Source of the DNA: Tetramitus jugosus
Lineage: Eukaryota > Protista > Heterolobosea
Assembly (NCBI GenBank): GCA_937625935.1
Contig: OW569370.1
Span: 372,001-436,000, forward strand
DNA length: 64,000 bases
Direction: 5' to 3'
This document shows, in pieces, positions 45,706 through 57,400 of this stretch; position 1 is the stretch's first letter; each line of letters opens with the position of its first letter. The notes beneath the pieces are model-generated. The model had not been told where the DNA came from and ran no database searches. It saw only the letters and a list, made by a program, of their open reading frames with translations. The translations under genes and the position numbers were made by a program.

Positions 45706-47370
45706 ATGATTATCACAAAAACAAAACGCACCACTAAAACTACGACACTCCTACTCATCGCCACCCTTCTCTGTATCATAACATTTTATCACCTAGTCAC
45801 CACGATCACTGCATCAACAACAACATCACAACAACAACAACAAGAAGATCCACTCGTACTAGGTGATGCACTGTTTCGGCAGAGTAACTACTCTGGTGCA
45901 CTCAATGAATACTCCAAATTGGGCAACGATGTGCGTGCATTGATCAAAAAAGCAGAGATTTATCGACTAGAGAGAAAGTTTGATTTTGTAAAGGTGGAAT
46001 GTCAGAGAATCGTAGACAATAGTGAAGGTGACTCATCAAAGAACCTGGCTGCCTACTTGTTGTTGGCAGAGGTCAACTTGTTGATGGGAGAGTTTGAAGA
46101 TGCAGTAAAGAATGCAAAGAAGGCTGTAGAGTTTGATGAAGAGCACTCTAGCAATGCACAGTCCATTCTGGCCAATGCTCAAAAAGCTCTCGAACTCTAT
46201 TCAAGTGTTTCTCATGTGATTCACAATGCAGAAGAGAGTGGTGATTCATCATCATCATCATCATCAGTCAACACGAGTGACTACCTCAAGTGTTCTCAAG
46301 TGTTGTTGGACTTGTTGAACACGTATGCCAAGGAGTCCATGGAGTTGAGACTTTCGCGTGCCAAGTGCGCTCTATTGGCCAAGCAATTCTCACTGGTGCC
46401 ACTCGAACTCAAGAAGATTTTTGCACGAGACAAGAATTATGTATCAGCCAACTTGTTGTACGCAAAGTACTTGTATATGCTGGGTGCTGCTGATCAAGCC
46501 AGAAATCACATCAAGACCCACTGTCTCAACAGTGATCCAGAGAACAGACAGTGTAAGCAAATGTTTCGATGGATTAAGAAGGCTGAACAATTGTCAGAGA
46601 AGGCTCTCAGTGATGTACAGTCAGACAATTGGACATCTGCAAAGCAGTCCATCTCAGAGTACATTGAATTCTCACCTCAGGCATACAACATTGAACAAAT
46701 GAGAGCCAACTATTGTAGAGCGTTGGCCAAGACTTGTAACGATGAGAATTTCGAAGCAGCAGTGAAGGCTTGTAACGCCGTAATCAATGAAGTCAAGGAG
46801 GAGGAGCAACAAGAGGCTATTTCCACAGAGTTTGTCACATTGGCACGTTTGGGAAAAGCAGAAGCCTATTTGAATGGTGGTGAGATCGATGATGCAGAGC
46901 GTGAGGTTGAAGCGATTCGATCTTCCAAATCTATTCCACAGAATCTTCACGATCAATTCAATCAACTGCTTCAGAGAATCAAGCGAGAGAAGAAGATGGC
47001 ATCTCAAAAGGACTACTACAAGCTATTGGGACTAGACAAGACAAAGAAGAGCACCTATACTGCAAAGGATATCAAATCTGCGTACAGAAAGATGACCATG
47101 AAGTACCATCCAGATAGACTCGAAGGAGAAGATAAGAAAGCAGCTGCCAAAAAGTACTCTGCCATTACTCAGGCCTATGAGATTTTGTCTGATGAAGAGA
47201 AGAGAGCACGTTATGATAGTGGTGAATGGGATGGAAATGAACAGCAAGGTGGTGGACATCCAGGCGGTTTCCCAGGTGGTGGTGGTGGCGGCGGTTTCCC
47301 TGGAGGATTTGAACAATTCTTTACTCAACAAGGTGCTGGTGCTGGTGGTTTCCGTTTTAATTTTGGTTAA
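45706..47370 (+). CDS. DNAJC3: DNAJC3/P58IPK-like ER co-chaperone (signal peptide, TPR repeats, J domain)
   Basis: First ATG is at 45706. Hydrophobic signal LLLIATLLCIITF. TPR helices including CLNSDPENRQC. J domain KDYYKLLG...KYHPD...AYEILSDEEKRARYD. G/F-rich tail. Confidence 0.9.
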   Translation: MIITKTKRTTKTTTLLLIATLLCIITFYHLVTTITASTTTSQQQQQEDPLVLGDALFRQSNYSGALNEYSKLGNDVRALIKKAEIYRLERKFDFVKVECQRIVDNSEGDSSKNLAAYLLLAEVNLLMGEFEDAVKNAKKAVEFDEEHSSNAQSILANAQKALELYSSVSHVIHNAEESGDSSSSSSSVNTSDYLKCSQVLLDLLNTYAKESMELRLSRAKCALLAKQFSLVPLELKKIFARDKNYVSANLLYAKYLYMLGAADQARNHIKTHCLNSDPENRQCKQMFRWIKKAEQLSEKALSDVQSDNWTSAKQSISEYIEFSPQAYNIEQMRANYCRALAKTCNDENFEAAVKACNAVINEVKEEEQQEAISTEFVTLARLGKAEAYLNGGEIDDAEREVEAIRSSKSIPQNLHDQFNQLLQRIKREKKMASQKDYYKLLGLDKTKKSTYTAKDIKSAYRKMTMKYHPDRLEGEDKKAAAKKYSAITQAYEILSDEEKRARYDSGEWDGNEQQGGGHPGGFPGGGGGGGFPGGFEQFFTQQGAGAGGFRFNFG

Positions 47371-47515
47371 GAGGTGTGCGTTCACTTCATAAACACCCTT
47401 GAGTTTCTCTTCTATCGTGTCTTGACATTCCCCCTTCAAGGGGTGGTGTGTTTTCTCCGATTGATTCTGAATCAGACACCACCCCAAACAGAAAAGAAAA
47501 AACTTGTTGAAAAGG

Positions 47516-49033
47516 ATGATTGCTCGTACTTTGTGCTGTTGCTTCTTGTTAGCTGTGGTGTTGACCTTGTCCTCCGTGATCCACCATACTCGTGCCCAAC
47601 AACAAAACCCCGGTTTTTCCACATCGGTTCAAGAATCGGCTCTCAATTATGTCATTGGCCAGGTGTTGCCTCTCGTGCAGAGTCAAATCGAGAAACAGAC
47701 CATTCCAGATATCAATCAAGATGTTCATACTCCAGTTGGTCGTGTTGCCTTCTCTGTTAGCCAAGCTCACATTACCCAGTTTGCTCTCGGTCAAATCAGT
47801 GCGCACATTGTTCAAGACACTGGATTCCAAATCATTGTCAATGATGCTCAAGCATCGTTGAATGCACATTGGCATTTCAGAGAACACAGTTTCCCACATA
47901 TCTCTGATTCCGGATCAGTGGATGCATCTGTTGGTTTAAGTGTTTCATTGCAAGTGAGAGTGTCTCATGATGAACAAGGTCATTTGACCACTGACATTAT
48001 CAATGTTCAGTTGAATATGAATCGGTTTGATATCAAGCTCCATGGAGGTGCCTCCTGGTTGTACAACTTGTTTATTAGTTCGTTCAAGGGATCCATCAGA
48101 GACTCTATTCTCAAGATGCTAAATGGTCAAATCACTGGCAATCTCAATGATCAAATCAAGAAGCAAGTGGCCACTATTCAGTACATTCATAGAGTAGGTG
48201 GAGCAGATGCAAATGTCCAACTGGACTACTCCATTTTGCAGACTGTATTCAACGCCAACTATCCTGTGTACTTCCAGGCTGGTGCAAAGGGTTTGTTCTC
48301 TCAGATTGGTGGTGTAGCATACACTGGGCCAAATCCACCAGAGATCCCATTCCAACCACTGACTCAAGCTCCATGTATGATGCAACTTTTGATTACTGAT
48401 TATCTGGTTAACACTTTTGCATGGTCATGGTATCAGAGTGGAAGATTGTTTGTGACTGTGACTGACAAGGATATTCCCTCTCAAATTCCACTCCGTTTGA
48501 CAACCACCAGTCTAATGTTGATTGCTCCTGATATGTATGCCAAATATCCAAACATGCCTATGCAATTGACTCTCAAAGCCTATGGAACTGACCAGAGCAA
48601 GTCACCAAGGGCCAACATTACTTCAGCTCTCGGTGCTGGAGTGTTTGCAGAGGGAGACGCAATATTCTCCGTCATTGATGGTCAGAATATTGTAGAAGTA
48701 TTCACTATTGATATGCTCGTTATTTTAGAAATGAAGGTCGGTATCGCAGATGGCACTACAATCACTGGAAGCTTACAACTGGATACTCTGAAACTCTCTT
48801 TGGAATCATCTCAAGTTGGAAATGTGAATGTTGCTGCCTTGAATACATTCCTTCAGAGCACTCTGCAATACGTTGCCATTCCTTTGGTAAACGTTGTATT
48901 GGCCAAAGGATTCCCTATTCCAACAGTTTCTGGCTTGGCTCTTCAAAATTCTCAAATTATCTTCAAGGATAGGTACATTGGTGTTGCAAGCAACTTCACA
49001 TTTACTCCTGAGCCAAGAATTTGGGGAGCATAA
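47516..49033 (+). CDS. BPI/LBP/CETP-family secreted lipid-binding protein
   Basis: First ATG is at 47516. Signal peptide followed by NPGFSTSVQESALNY, IPDI, SDSGSVD, IKLHGGASWLYNLF, DYLVNTFAWSWYQSG, KYPNMPMQL, LAKGFPIP. Two TULIP domains. Confidence 0.93.
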   Translation: MIARTLCCCFLLAVVLTLSSVIHHTRAQQQNPGFSTSVQESALNYVIGQVLPLVQSQIEKQTIPDINQDVHTPVGRVAFSVSQAHITQFALGQISAHIVQDTGFQIIVNDAQASLNAHWHFREHSFPHISDSGSVDASVGLSVSLQVRVSHDEQGHLTTDIINVQLNMNRFDIKLHGGASWLYNLFISSFKGSIRDSILKMLNGQITGNLNDQIKKQVATIQYIHRVGGADANVQLDYSILQTVFNANYPVYFQAGAKGLFSQIGGVAYTGPNPPEIPFQPLTQAPCMMQLLITDYLVNTFAWSWYQSGRLFVTVTDKDIPSQIPLRLTTTSLMLIAPDMYAKYPNMPMQLTLKAYGTDQSKSPRANITSALGAGVFAEGDAIFSVIDGQNIVEVFTIDMLVILEMKVGIADGTTITGSLQLDTLKLSLESSQVGNVNVAALNTFLQSTLQYVAIPLVNVVLAKGFPIPTVSGLALQNSQIIFKDRYIGVASNFTFTPEPRIWGA

Positions 49034-49070
49034 GTGAGTTTATTAAGTACAATAAATTAAGATTCGGTTA
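49034..49070. terminator. Shared 37-bp spacer with opposing polyadenylation signals between the convergent BPI and Kelch-kinase genes
   Basis: AATAAA on + at 49051-49056 and TTTATT (AATAAA on -) at 49039-49044. Confidence 0.55.
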
Positions 49071-51716
49071 TTATATTTCATTTGTGTAGCGAAGTAGACG
49101 TTTGGTATGCTTAACAAAGATTGAATCGAAGCTGGTCGTCATAGATAAGTGTTTGTGACATGTCTGGGCAGCCAGAAAAACTCGAACAAGAGCAGGATCT
49201 TTGAGTATCACCATCCGACCCAAATCATCAGCCTCAGACGAACTTAAGCTTCCAATTTCTTCGAGCCTCATGATATCAGCCAATAGAGCAATCAGAACTT
49301 GTTCATCATGTGTTGTATGATAGTGTGAAGTATCAGGGGCGCTGCTAGTAGAGATGTGCGTCTCGAAATCTTCTGGTGTTTTGATATCAAACTCTCCCAT
49401 ACTCATGTGTGATGATGAGTCTGGTTCTGAGCTCTCGTGACGGCAGTCATCGTTGTTTATGATGTTATCCGGAAAATTCTCACTGGCTAGAATCGAAACA
49501 GAACTCTCAGGAGTATCAGGCCCCTTTTCTTGACCTGCATCGAGAAGCCTTCCTTGGATAGATGACAAGAGATCCATCAACACTGGTGCCTCAGGACGAT
49601 TCGCTGGCTGAAAATCAGTCATAGTTTGAACAAGTTCTACATATTCATCAGCGAACAGGTATTCAAGAGAAGGATTGTCAGCAAACAGCTTTGGTACTAT
49701 GTCTCTATTGCGAGATATCTTCAAATCAACAGCCCTACCGGTCATCAACCACACTAGAATGACTCCCAGAGACCAAATATCGGCTTTATGATCATATGGT
49801 TCGTTGTTGTAAACCTCAGGTGAGGCATAAATTAATGTTCCACACACTGTCTTCGCCTCAGAGACTGTGGTGTTCTTTGCCAACCCAAAATCAGCAAGTT
49901 TCAAAATTACAGAATTGGATCCCACCTTTTCTGCACATAAAACATTAGATGGTTTCAAATCACGATGAATAACGTGTCGTGAATGAACATACACGACACC
50001 ACTAACAATTTGAAGCATGAGCGATATAAGCTCTGATTCATGAATCTTGCCTCTCCTTCGCTTCATATAATTTTCGAGATCACCATTAGAACAATATGGC
50101 ATGACTATATTCAAGTGAATATCCCCTTTGTTCAACTCCATGAAAAACTTTTCAGTTTTCAGTACATTGGGATGATCCAGCACTGCTTGAGTCACTAAAA
50201 CTTCATTGAAGGCACTCATATCATTGGCGATCATTCGTTCAGGTCCCATGTTATTATTGAATGGTACAACTATTCGTTTCAAGGCATATAATTCGTTCTT
50301 TTTCTCAGTGTTTCGGCATAAGAAGACAGATCCCTGTCCCCCCTTGCCTAGCAATCTTTCAATTACGTAATCATTCACACGTCGTTCATTCACAAAAGGA
50401 ATGTTGCCTGATAGAGAATTAATGTTTGTTTCCAACATCCACATGTCATTGGATCGTGCTACAAAACACTTCTCGGACACATCGATAATACCTCCAATAC
50501 AAATACAAGAATTAGCACCAATTACACACATGGAATGAGAAATTCTGCCTGGTGGTCGATGCTCGAATGCGCATTCGGTCCATACAAGTGTTTGTAGATC
50601 ACACATGTAAGTATTAGGAAGATATTGCTTCCCAGTCACTCCACCATACATGACTATGCGACTACCAATCAGAGCAATTTGGTGACCATGTCTAGGAGAG
50701 AATTTGGTTGATTCTTCATTATCTTTCAGCTTTGGAGCCTCCAGTCGACTCCAGTAGTACGAATCTGGGTCAAACATCCAAACATCGTTCAACTGGGCAT
50801 TCTTTGTTTTGCCACCGACTAGTATCATTTTGTTACCTACTACTGTACATGCATGGTGATATCTAGGCTCTGGAATTTGATCAGTACTCTGTGGTGATCG
50901 AATCAGATTCCATTCAATCACATAGTCATCGCTCACCTTCAATAGAAACAGGTCATTCGTACAATTGCCATCATATCCTCCAAACATGAGAATTCTATTG
51001 CTACTCAGAGCACAGATGGCAAGATTGTATCTCGGGGAAGGAGGCCATTGATTGGCAGTAACTACTTGTTTTGCCTCCACCCACCTCATACTCTTCATAT
51101 TCAAAAACCAGACATCCTGCAATCGAAGCTTATTGTCTGATATGCCACCAAACAGAACCATGTGATCAACTCCATTCAAATGGATAGCACAAACAGCATG
51201 CCTCTCTCTGGGCAATGGTCCAAAACCGAGAGAAGACCGATGGTCGTCCTGACTGCTGTCATTGCTACCACCCTTTCGAACCTTCTTGAATCTAGACAAC
51301 AGAGAGCCACCACTGTGTTCATTTGCCGTGCTTGGACTCATATTACCTTGACCAGAGCTAAAATTATGGTGCCTCTCTGAAGCAGGAAAGCTTGAATGAA
51401 ATTTTGGTGTGTAACTGTGCTTTGTCACTGTTCGGGACGAAAGACGAAACACATAGACATCACTAGACCGGATAAAGTTCGGTCCAATCCCACCAAACAA
51501 CACTGCTGTATCATTGTCAATCGTGCACAGTGAATGACCACTCACAGGAGGTGGAAAAGTACCTGTGAAGAATTCACTTGAAACCTCACTCCAATGAAGG
51601 CGAACACCATCAAAGCTAACTGATGAATCCAATATTGTTGCTGACTCAGGGTGCACTGGCTTGTGATCCTTGCCATCAACACTCACCCTGCGCTTCCATT
51701 TCTTGGTCTTGTCCAT
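49071..51716 (-). CDS. Kelch-repeat plus Ser/Thr protein kinase (NEK-like), about 881 aa
   Basis: About six Kelch blades (GHSLC..LFGG, RERHAVC..LFGG, PRY..MFGG, PRYHHAC..LVGG, PRHGH..MYGG, RISHSMC..IGG). Kinase motifs GKGGQG, YALK, HRDLKPSN, DFG, GTLIYASPE, DIWSLG. First ATG is at 51716. Confidence 0.92.
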   Translation of the reverse strand: MDKTKKWKRRVSVDGKDHKPVHPESATILDSSVSFDGVRLHWSEVSSEFFTGTFPPPVSGHSLCTIDNDTAVLFGGIGPNFIRSSDVYVFRLSSRTVTKHSYTPKFHSSFPASERHHNFSSGQGNMSPSTANEHSGGSLLSRFKKVRKGGSNDSSQDDHRSSLGFGPLPRERHAVCAIHLNGVDHMVLFGGISDNKLRLQDVWFLNMKSMRWVEAKQVVTANQWPPSPRYNLAICALSSNRILMFGGYDGNCTNDLFLLKVSDDYVIEWNLIRSPQSTDQIPEPRYHHACTVVGNKMILVGGKTKNAQLNDVWMFDPDSYYWSRLEAPKLKDNEESTKFSPRHGHQIALIGSRIVMYGGVTGKQYLPNTYMCDLQTLVWTECAFEHRPPGRISHSMCVIGANSCICIGGIIDVSEKCFVARSNDMWMLETNINSLSGNIPFVNERRVNDYVIERLLGKGGQGSVFLCRNTEKKNELYALKRIVVPFNNNMGPERMIANDMSAFNEVLVTQAVLDHPNVLKTEKFFMELNKGDIHLNIVMPYCSNGDLENYMKRRRGKIHESELISLMLQIVSGVVYVHSRHVIHRDLKPSNVLCAEKVGSNSVILKLADFGLAKNTTVSEAKTVCGTLIYASPEVYNNEPYDHKADIWSLGVILVWLMTGRAVDLKISRNRDIVPKLFADNPSLEYLFADEYVELVQTMTDFQPANRPEAPVLMDLLSSIQGRLLDAGQEKGPDTPESSVSILASENFPDNIINNDDCRHESSEPDSSSHMSMGEFDIKTPEDFETHISTSSAPDTSHYHTTHDEQVLIALLADIMRLEEIGSLSSSEADDLGRMVILKDPALVRVFLAAQTCHKHLSMTTSFDSIFVKHTKRLLRYTNEI

Positions 51717-51864
51717 CCAAAAACAAGAGTTTTGCTCAAAAACGGTTTTTTCCTCCGAGTTCAAAAGAAATTGAGAAAAAAAAACCAGAGAGAAAAAGCT
51801 CGCACACACAACAATAACCACAACAACTTAACTTCACATATCACATAACTTTGATCTCGAACCA
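51717..51864. promoter_or_regulatory. Probable bidirectional promoter (148 bp) between Kelch-kinase and VPS72
   Basis: Divergent ATGs at 51716 (-) and 51865 (+), with a CA-rich leader on the + side. SDA1/ENY2 have a similar divergent arrangement at 44924-45115. Confidence 0.55.
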
Positions 51865-53979
51865 ATGAATAATGATGAAACAGTCGGAACCACTCGGAGA
51901 CTTCCAAGTCGATCGAATCGAGGCAGCATGATGGCCTCTCTCATTGCCAATGCCATTGCTGAAGACACTGTCAAAAAACAACATGTCGGAAAATTAGCCA
52001 CTCAACTCAATGAACAGAGTGGTGCAATGTTCGCTCAGTCTATTGCTGACAATAAGAAGGAACTGAGCGAAGAAGATCAAGCATATGAAGATTTTTGGAA
52101 GAAGCAGTTGGCTGGTGAAGATGACAACGCAGACAATGATCAGAATCATAGTGATGGTGATGATGCAAGTGGCTCGGCAAGTGCAATGATCGATTCAGAT
52201 GATGAAGAGTTTGAAGACGAGATGGATGACGAAGAATTGGAAAGAGATTACATGGTGGACGAAGAAGACGAAGAAGCAGAAGAAAATGAAGCAGCCAACA
52301 AAGGAGTTCCTAACGCGGAGAGCGACGAGTTGGAAACAGAAAGAAATGAACAAGAATTGGCGAGACTCGAGAGACAAGAGAAGAGAAGAACAACACAGAA
52401 GAAGAATGTTTATGTGGATCAAAAGAAGAAGGGAGCGAAAGCGAGTACAAAGGCATCATTAGAGCCGAACGAGGAAAAAACACCAAGAAAAAGAGCGAGA
52501 AGAGAGAGTAATGTTGCTGTCGAATCACCTGGTGGTGGTTCAGGCAGCGATCTAGAGAAGGTTACTACGAGAGCATCGACAAAGGAACGAACAAAAATGA
52601 CGATTGAAAAGGAAGAGATTCGACGTTCGGAAACCAAAAAAGTGAAGAAACGAGTGTATAAAGAGCCAACGCAACAGGAGAGACTGGACGAAGCAAAAAT
52701 TACGTCCGAGTATAACAAGTGGTCTCTACAATGGCTCATGCAGCGAGAGGATATGCAAAAGAAGAAGGTTATCAAACGAAAAGGAAACGAAATTTGGTTG
52801 GACGAAGGATACAACAAAATTCCTCGACTTACATACCACTCTGTCGATAATCACACTGCGATCGCCTATTCCAACATGGATATACCAACGATGGAGTACG
52901 ATCCCAAGGAGTCAAAGCACTATCAGAAAAGACTTCAGGATAGAATTGACACTGGACTTAATGAGGGTCTCTGCGTAATCACCGGAGAGAAAGCAAAGTA
53001 CAAGGATCCAAAAACAAAGCTTCCATACGCAACCATGGATGCATTCAATCAGATACGGCAGGCTCAAGAGAAGTTCGAATTGGTTAAAAAGGAACCAAAC
53101 TCGCAGCATCTGGACTTTATAGTTTACTTGAGCACGTCTGGCATTGCAAAGTTCCTGCCCGCCAAACTACTCGCTCTCAAAAAGACGGAACAGGACAGCA
53201 AGGAACCAAAGGTTATTGTCAAAGAGCAAAAAGTCGTCATTGTAAAGGAGAAGAAACAAAAGGAGCCCAAACAACAATCAGTTAAACAGCCCACGACTCC
53301 AAAAGCTCCCAAAACTCCAAAAACCAAGATACCAAATATTAGTACTCAGCCAATGGTTTCAGTGTTCGATTTGCAACCACAACAACCTGATGCAAAGCCA
53401 ATCCCCATTACCTCAGTTTCTCCTCCAGTTCTATCTCCCATCGCTGTTCCACCTATGTCTCATGCACCTCATCCTCACCAGATGCAGCATCCACCAGCAC
53501 CACAAATGCCACACTATGTGATGTCGCATAATGTTGTAAGTCCACCACAAAGACAACCCATGCCGATGAACGGCTATGTACAATCACCTGGAGGACCATC
53601 GCCCCAACAACAAATCATATACTTGACAAGCCCCATGATGAACAACCACCAATTTGCATATGGATATCCGATGCAACAAGGACCTATGCAATTTATGCCC
53701 ACACAATCGCCCCGCAACTCGAAACCCGGTATGGTGATGGGAAATCTATCCTCGCCTGTTTCAGCATCGGGGATGTCCATGTTCCTTCCTGGTGTTCTTC
53801 CTCAAACACAAAACTCTGGCATGTCTGCATCACCTCAGTATCCCGGAGTTTACTCTCCGGTATACAACCCTCACTTACAACAGCAATTGCACTTTGGTCA
53901 ACCTCAAATGATGCCAAACATGCAAATGCAATCACCAACCAATACCAATCCTAACAACAATAACCAAAATCCAAAATAA
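51865..53979 (+). CDS. VPS72: Vps72/YL1/Swc2 (SWR1 complex H2A.Z chaperone)
   Basis: N-terminal RRLPSRSNRGSMMASLI. Acidic region. PTQQERLDEAKITSEYN. YL1_C domain CVITGEKAKYKDPKTKLPYATMDAF. Q/P/M-rich tail. Confidence 0.92.
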   Translation: MNNDETVGTTRRLPSRSNRGSMMASLIANAIAEDTVKKQHVGKLATQLNEQSGAMFAQSIADNKKELSEEDQAYEDFWKKQLAGEDDNADNDQNHSDGDDASGSASAMIDSDDEEFEDEMDDEELERDYMVDEEDEEAEENEAANKGVPNAESDELETERNEQELARLERQEKRRTTQKKNVYVDQKKKGAKASTKASLEPNEEKTPRKRARRESNVAVESPGGGSGSDLEKVTTRASTKERTKMTIEKEEIRRSETKKVKKRVYKEPTQQERLDEAKITSEYNKWSLQWLMQREDMQKKKVIKRKGNEIWLDEGYNKIPRLTYHSVDNHTAIAYSNMDIPTMEYDPKESKHYQKRLQDRIDTGLNEGLCVITGEKAKYKDPKTKLPYATMDAFNQIRQAQEKFELVKKEPNSQHLDFIVYLSTSGIAKFLPAKLLALKKTEQDSKEPKVIVKEQKVVIVKEKKQKEPKQQSVKQPTTPKAPKTPKTKIPNISTQPMVSVFDLQPQQPDAKPIPITSVSPPVLSPIAVPPMSHAPHPHQMQHPPAPQMPHYVMSHNVVSPPQRQPMPMNGYVQSPGGPSPQQQIIYLTSPMMNNHQFAYGYPMQQGPMQFMPTQSPRNSKPGMVMGNLSSPVSASGMSMFLPGVLPQTQNSGMSASPQYPGVYSPVYNPHLQQQLHFGQPQMMPNMQMQSPTNTNPNNNNQNPK

Positions 53980-54418
53980 AATCCCGCCCGTAATTTTGTC
54001 GCTGTCGCATGTTCGCACGTCAAAAAGCGGTTTTGTGACGCGTTGTCAAATTTCCATCCTTCCCACCATCCATAAACGACCCTAAATTTTTGATGGTTAG
54101 AAGAGAACTTTTTGTCAGTTGAGATTCACTGTCATCGTTCACACCGCAATTCAGCGACATTTGACACTCAAAGCTTTTTTTCCAGTCAACAACAAAGAAG
54201 AAAAGGGAGAAACAATCGTTTTTGAATCATCAGAATCACAAGTTATTGAAATTTTTTCAACAACAATTGCACGACACTCACACTTGTACAACAGCAAACA
54301 TCAACAAACAAAAAGTAGACTTCTTCTTGTGCCTAGAGATTCTTCAAAATTCTGTAGTCGTAATTATCTTTCACACACATCGAGAAAAGAACAAATATCC
54401 ACACACATAATATAAATT

Positions 54419-57400
54419 ATGGAACATTTATTGCTTTTAACAACAGTGGAGAGAATTGGTGATTCTGTATGTACATTTATAATGTTGACATGTGAATATT
54501 GATCCGTTGGTAGCACTCACTAACCACCCACCCACCACTACTTCTTCTTCCTACATACCTGATGGTTTCATCATACTTTAGCTTCCATTCTCACCACCTA
54601 GTCAAAGACGTAGAGGAGCACCCAGAGAGTACTTGAAAGAGTACATTAATACTCTCAATGATGTCATAGTGCTTCCTCAGATACAGCTGCACAAGGTGAT
54701 TCAGCCCTTGTTAGATCTGTACAATAACATCTCTAAGGTATGTCGTGACTATGTTGTTGTTGTTGTTGTTATTGTGATTTATTTCTACGCGATTCACGTG
54801 TCAGCTCACACTCAAATTGTTTTCTGTGTAACATGCGCAAAAATCAATAATGTCAACCAAAAAAAAACGCAACAAACAAAATTCATGAATCATGTACAAC
54901 TGGATAGATCTCTCTAACGAAAGGATGCAAGAATCGAAGCAGTGTTCTCAAGAGATTAGAGCTCGTTTATGAGAGCAAATTGATCATATTGAGTCTATTT
55001 AGTGATTATTTGAATTTTGCAGTGCCAGACAAGTCCAAGTGTCAACCGAATCATCACTTTGAAAACTTGTTTTATAATTTTGACTCTGATGATTTACTGA
55101 TTGAAGAATTGAAGCCATTGGAAGACAATGGTGAAGATAGTGCCATGCTCGAACAGTTGGAGCAATCGATCACTGAAGTCATCCAGCAAGCACTCAACAG
55201 CCAACACTATCTATCCATGAGCTCAACCAACAGTGGCGCGAGCAGTAGCAGTAGCAACTCTAGTTCTGATCATCAAGACAATGCACCATCTACTCCCATC
55301 TCCAAACAAAACTCGTCCATGATGGTGAGAAGTGTGTTGAGCAGAGGCAGACCGAGCGACAGTGAGAGTATTTTGTCATCTTCTCCGCCTACGACGCCAA
55401 TCAAGAGTGCACTTGCACAGCAACAACAACAACAACAAATGTTCAATCTCTCGGCTTCTCCAGCACTCAGGGCAGGTTCCTTTGTCAAGAGGCGAGGTGA
55501 GAGTGTTCACGGATCCGATGTCAAGGCATTGGACGAAACTGTGGCTCACAATTTGGCTGGTCTCGTTGTGACTCGCCTGTTGAGAGGATTCGATATTGGA
55601 GAGGAGAATCCGGAGCATATTTTGAACTGTGTAGAACGGTTCCAGGACTTTGATTCCAAGACGGAATCGGATTTGGGCTCACCAAGCTCTTCCAATAACA
55701 ACACAAGTGACAGTACTGACTATGATCCATACGCATTCGGTGGTGTCTCAAGAAACAACATTGAAGTTTTCAAAGACTCACATTTGAGAATCATTGAGAG
55801 AAAGATGAGATTCAAGTGCACTGAGATTCTCTTCAAATTGAGTTGCACAAGCTTCTCTACAGTGTACACAAGAATTGAGGAAGTGATTGCCAATCAAAAT
55901 GGTGCTAATTCAAGCACTGCTGCCCAAATGATGGATTTGAAGATCAAGGAGGAGCAAGAGAAGGAAGCTGAGGAGCAATCAGGATCCGGAGATGGTGATG
56001 TAAGTCTAGTGGTCGTCTCAAAGGATGAACGAGTACCATTTGATGAGAGCTTTGATTCTGCAGATGGTATGAAGGTGCTCCAAATTGTTCAATATTTGAA
56101 CTTGACTGGATCTGCTCTCTCACAAATCTTCCAATCATTGGTCAATCAGACAAGCAAGCAATTTATCAAGTATATTGAACAATTCGATTTGGCAGATAGC
56201 CTCAGGTTGGCCATTTGGAATTGGATCTTGATGTATAGAACAGAGTTTTTGACATTGCACACTCAGGGCAAGTCTCACCCTGGTGCCTCAGAGCTGTTCG
56301 ATGTCCTGTTTACTTATCAGAAGGGTAAGAAGGACAGAAGAGTTGTTGTCTCTCCTTTGATGACAATGCTCTTGCTTCTGTGTCCTGATAAGCTTGCCAA
56401 GAGTCTCAAGAGTTCCAAGGGATCAGACAACATGTCCCAGTTCATTCACAAGACGCTGCTCAAAGTGATTGTGACCACCAACAAGAAGGTCAAGGAAAAG
56501 CCATTGGCTATTTCTGTATTGGAGAGTTTTGTTGAAATATTGCGTGTTTCAGCAATGTTTAACTCCTCTGGTGAAAAGAATGCAGTTCAGTTGCTATTGG
56601 AGCAAGGTGAAGAAGCTTTAAGAGATATTTTCATCAACAACACTGGCAGCATCAGCAAATACTTTGGTTTGACCAATATGAATTATGAATTGAACCCATA
56701 CATTACGAATGAAAAGGAAGTGGAACTCACTGCCTATGTTGCTCAGAGTTATTTCATGAAGGATATGAACGGCTCCGTGAAGACTATATTACCAAAGTTG
56801 GTCCAATCTGGTGCTTTGGAAACTGAAGCAATGTACAAGAGACTTTCTCTATGCAAGGCCATTCTTTCTCTGATTGTGGGTCCTAGTCCTCGACAGGGCA
56901 GCAACAGAGTACCTGGAAACTCAAACATGTTTGCAAGCATGTACACAGCAGTTGCAAGTGATTTACGAGACACCCTTCAAGAAATTACAACCTCATACAT
57001 GAACATGAGTAAGAAGAATGAAATCATTGGTCAGCAACAAGACTATTTCATGTCACTGAATGTGTATGACCCATCGGAGATTCCATCTTACTACTCCAGT
57101 AGTGTAGCCAAGAAAAAGAGAACTCAATCCAGCCAGAAAGGTGTATTCCTGTTGAACAGAGGTGGTTCCGCTCAACTGCGTAACAGATATCAATGTATGA
57201 TGGATACAATGAACACTGTACTGCAATTATTCAGTGCTGATCCGAACATGTTCCTTGTCAAGGGTGCAAAGGATAGTGCCCAACACATTGAGAAGAGTTT
57301 CCTCGTTCTAGCCAATAGTTTTGTCAGTGTCAGACATCCAGAAGTTCAAGAGCAATGCGTTAGGCTATTGTCCAAGCTGTTCTTAGAGAAGTATGTCCTT

